A stretch of DNA of 64,000 nucleotides, from contig JAWMAR010000200.1 of assembly GCA_036785375.1 (NCBI GenBank), positions 1,612,001 to 1,676,000 on the forward strand. The letters are read 5' to 3'. Both the position numbers and the translations under genes were made by a program. Positions 60,201 to 64,000 of the stretch are shown here, one piece after another. The first letter of the stretch is position 1; every line of letters begins with the position of its first letter. This DNA is from Leucoraja ocellata (Eukaryota). Below the pieces are notes generated by a model, which saw nothing but the letters and a program-made list of their open reading frames with translations, was not told the origin of the DNA and did not search any database.

Positions 60201-61434
60201 TAAACAGAAAATAAAGTTAAGATATGTCTAACTGTTAAAAATGCAACAATTGGTTTCTTCAAACATCAGTAAAAAGAATATTCAATGTTCATTGAAAATA
60301 GGTTAATCCTTCAGAGCAAAAGGACAATCTTTCACTGTCGTTTAATCATTTCGATCCAACATATTTCAGAATATTTTGTTCAGAGAGCTTTTCATCTTAA
60401 AAACAGACATTTTAAACCCTCAGTACTTAATTCACTTTTGTTGAACTTCTGAACCTCCCAAGACTGAGTCTATTATTTCTACTTGATTGCAGAAATTCTG
60501 ATTGGCAAGATTAGAATTTTGGGGGGAATTAATACAATAATATTATACTCCATGTAATTGTTCTCATGAATATTCATGAGGCGATTTTAACTAAGATAAT
60601 GAAATTACTTTAGGTGAAACCTATGTTTTATAAATCCCAATGTGAAATCCCAGGCTGAGTACGTAATTTATTCGCGTTTTACACCCTTCTCTAGAATATT
60701 CATGATTTTACATTTACAAAGATTAATTAATAACTTCAAGTAGGAAGAGCCAGCCCGTTGCTATGTTACAAAAAGAGAATCAACTGTTCAAAAGCTGGAA
60801 AAGCAGTCCCAGTGGACGTTTCTGACATTGCTGTTGTTCTTTTATTTATGAATTCCATTTAGTCTAATTAAAGGTCATTACAGGTAATTAGTTAGGTATT
60901 TTACCATTCACTCGGCAATAGTGTTCTAATGCAGAACAACCCTGGTTATAGATTCTTGGTCATCAACTTACTGCAGCTTTGCACTTTGGTATTATTCCCG
61001 AAAAACATCCTCCCAAGTTTTGTTTTGCTGCACTACCTTTCACACAGGTGAGCCAGAATGTGGAGATGCGATTGTCTCCCTTGGGCTGTTCGATTCATTT
61101 TGCAGAGACTGAGATAAGTCACCAGTAATGGTGAAGAGATCACTTTCCATTTTTTTCATAATTGGAAGCCAGAGTTGATTTTGAGGCAATTGGGAAAAAT
61201 CTCACACAGGATAATTTATGTCATTTGCACAGGCTAAAATTCTGAAGTCCCTGGTGAACCCAGACTAGTTGAAGCCCGACATTTTTTTTTCTGAATGCTG
61301 GATAATATTTTAGCCTTATAAATTGGATTAGAAGTGATATCACAATGAAGAATCTAAATTATGTCATGCTGGATCTCAATCTTGGATGAGAAGTTGATAT
61401 CATTAGCTCCAAAGTTTAGGTACAGCTAGTCCCA

Positions 61435-61545
61435 GGAAGGATCTTGACCCGAAACGTTATGTATCCATGTTCTTCAGATATGCTGCCTGACCTGCTGAGT
61501 TTGTGTCACTTTTTTGTTGTAAACCTGCACCTGCAGTTCCTAATT
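61435..61545 (+). mobile_element. Penelope-derived short repeat
   Basis: gaaggatcttgacccgaaacgtt..tgctgcctgacctgctgagt. Confidence 0.65.
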
Positions 61546-63344
61546 CCTGTAAATCCCTTAGAAAACCCTCCAACAGTATTTAAAAGGATCAACGCACTTA
61601 CAGGCCACATTTATTATGGCCCTTGCGACAACGTTTGATGCTGTTCACAGTTGCATTAAGTTATTCACATCCACCTGGAGGACTGCGGTAGGTGCTGAAG
61701 GGTTATTTCCCCAGACTACACTGCACATGCTCACTGCACAAACCACTTACTCCCAAGTGTGGGCTATTTTAGTTATTCCCCTTGGATTGCAGAATGACTG
61801 GGACCTTATGCAGGGGCAGCAGAACATATACAAGGATGGGAGGAAAGGTCCCACTAGAAAGCTCTATCTCCTCTGAGTGATGAAAGAACAATTCTCAGAC
61901 GTGCACATCAGTGCAGATGAACGTCTAAGATGTCTGAATGTCACCCTCATTTAAAGTTGCCAGCTGGTGCAACCACAGCTACAGGCACAGAACAGGACAA
62001 AGGCGACATGTCTCGTGGATGTCAAGGTTACTGTGACAATGAACATTTATGCATTTGGCTCTGTTCCAGATTGATCTTGGAGCTGCAAGAATTTGCACTA
62101 TTTGCCCTTCGCTCCTTTCAGTGCAGTGGCTGCAAACCACATTTGATTTCCACTTACGTGCACAAAGTATCCAATCAAGCTGAGCAGTGTGATTGTAGGA
62201 TCGTCCTGACACAAGATGCATTGTAAGCATACACACACACACACTCACTGCTGACCACTGTAAGCACACAGAACAGACTCAAGGGCAGCAATCAGGATGC
62301 CTGTGCTCTGAGGCAGTCCCTGTGCCAACTACATTGAAACCACAAAGACAACAGTTGGGGTATGTGATTGTGATGTGGTTAATGATTCTGGTGCACAAAC
62401 CACACACTTGCACAAAGTATCCACACAAAGTAAGCCATACAACGGCACAGAATGTGATCGGGTAGATCATGGGTTTGCCCATTGCCTGAGTCAATGTGGA
62501 TGAGGCCAGGGCAGAGTCATGAGTAATTGTGGGCTGCTTCACACTACACCTGGTGAGCACAACCTCACCTTGCTCTTAGTAGTTGGAGCATGAAGAGAGG
62601 AAAACAAAAGAGAAGGAAGGAAGCAGACGCAATGGCTGCTCTCTGTCCAGACTTTCCACAGAGAAGAAAATCTTCTCAATTCAATTTTGGCAAAGGCTAT
62701 CCAGCTGGCTCTTTTAGAAGTCCCAAATCTTATCTTCCTTCAGATACTAACATGCAGTTAGCAAGTGAGCAATACATAGAAACCTTCATTAATTAATTAT
62801 CCCAAGTGCTGTGGGGAGACCTGACGGAAGTATATACAATTATGAGTGGCATAAATAGGGTAGGCAGTCAGATAGATTGTATGTATACTGTGTGACCATT
62901 TCCTTCTCCAGGGATGTGTAGAGTGGCTGAAAGCCCTGGAGTCTGCGTTCTCCTGTGTTCTTTTACTTTTCACTGGCATCAAATAAACCTCAGTTCAATG
63001 TCCAATACCTGCTTCAGCAACAAAGCAATTATCCTTGAAGATCTGAACGATATCTGGAATTACAGAGAGCTGAGGTGTTGTGGGCTATTCTCGATTTAGC
63101 ACTCATCCCCACCTTCCCCTCGTGTCCCAAAGTCAAACGCACAATTTACAGAAACAAGTAGGATAGCAATAGAAATAACAAACAGACAATTTGACCCTTG
63201 TGCGTGCTTCACCATTCATTCAGACCATGGTTTATCTCTTGCATCAGCTGCACTGACCTGCATTAGTCCCGTGTTGCTCGCTTTCCTTCATTTCCAGTAA
63301 TCCGTTTGAGCAATGATGCATTATCACCATCCTCCAATCCTTCA

Positions 63345-63720
63345 GTGAACAAGAGCAGAGAAGATTGTATCAAGATGGACTACACTTAATTTGGGTTTGG
63401 TGCCTTAATCTAGTCCTCTCTTGAATATCCTCGGTGAATGAGCCTCCATCTGCCCTTTGGGGTTGAAGATTATGGCTATTCACAGCCCTCTTGAGTGAAA
63501 TAATTTTTTTCTCATTGAATTTCTGAAAGGCCAGGTTATTTTGAAACTATGACCCTGGATCTAGATATCCCAGCCAAGGGAAATATTTATCCTAAGCAGC
63601 CATATATGAACGTTGTATGGTATCATGTAATCACCCTGCATTCTTCCAATCTCCAGAAAACATAGACACGATCCTTTTAATTTCTCCTCATTGGACACTC
63701 ACTTCTCACCAGGAATCACA
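63345..63720 (-). mobile_element. Highly degenerate CR1-type fragments
   Basis: Minus strand tctctggagattggaagaatgcagggtga, tctagatccagggtcatagtttcaaaata. Confidence 0.45.
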
Positions 63721-64000
63721 CCACCCTCTCTGAAATTAAATGGCATATTTTAATTAGGCCTAACAACTAATTGGGGGTCATTTGAGTATAACTGCATATT
63801 CCCAATAACTGCAGTCCCCACAAAACATCTGCTTTTATTTTGGTAAATATGCTCCCAGTCACATTTATCTATCACTTCTGAAAATGCTATCTTTGTGTGA
63901 AAATCACATAATTATGTTTTCCATACTGCTGTTTCAACAGAATGGAAGATAATTATATTCGACCCCAATATAACTGTCACTGCATGAAACAGAGACAATT

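Overview
Eukaryotic, AT-rich, repeat-dense DNA. The repeat content (HE1/V-SINE-type tRNA SINEs, CR1/HER1-type LINEs, Deu-domain SINEs, Penelope and Rex1 elements) points to a cartilaginous fish, probably a skate or ray; this is inferred from recognised repeat families, not from a database search. I found no convincing host protein-coding exon, so the window looks intronic or intergenic. Every ORF with a recognisable protein is a decayed retroelement piece: Rex1/Babar RT, CR1 EN/RT, Penelope GIY-YIG, Tx1-type ORF2 end, and possibly RTE. Four things stand out. (1) A dispersed family of tiny (about 75-180 bp) Penelope-derived insertions with 7-15 bp target-site duplications carries a minimal hammerhead-ribozyme core (CTGANGA-stem-GAAACGTH) with covarying stem II, often as inverted pairs or a palindrome. 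(2) A family of GC-rich non-coding elements has Rex1-type 3' tails; its 5' and 3' hairpins keep their pairing while the sequence diverges. (3) A 4-unit A-B-A-B tandem array of non-autonomous Helitron-like units lies at 14058-15461. (4) A 2.4 kb Tc1/mariner-type TIR element (21690-24100) contains internal repeats, a 91-bp hairpin and a tRNA(CAT)-like segment. Repeat boundaries are read by eye and approximate unless TIRs or TSDs are quoted.
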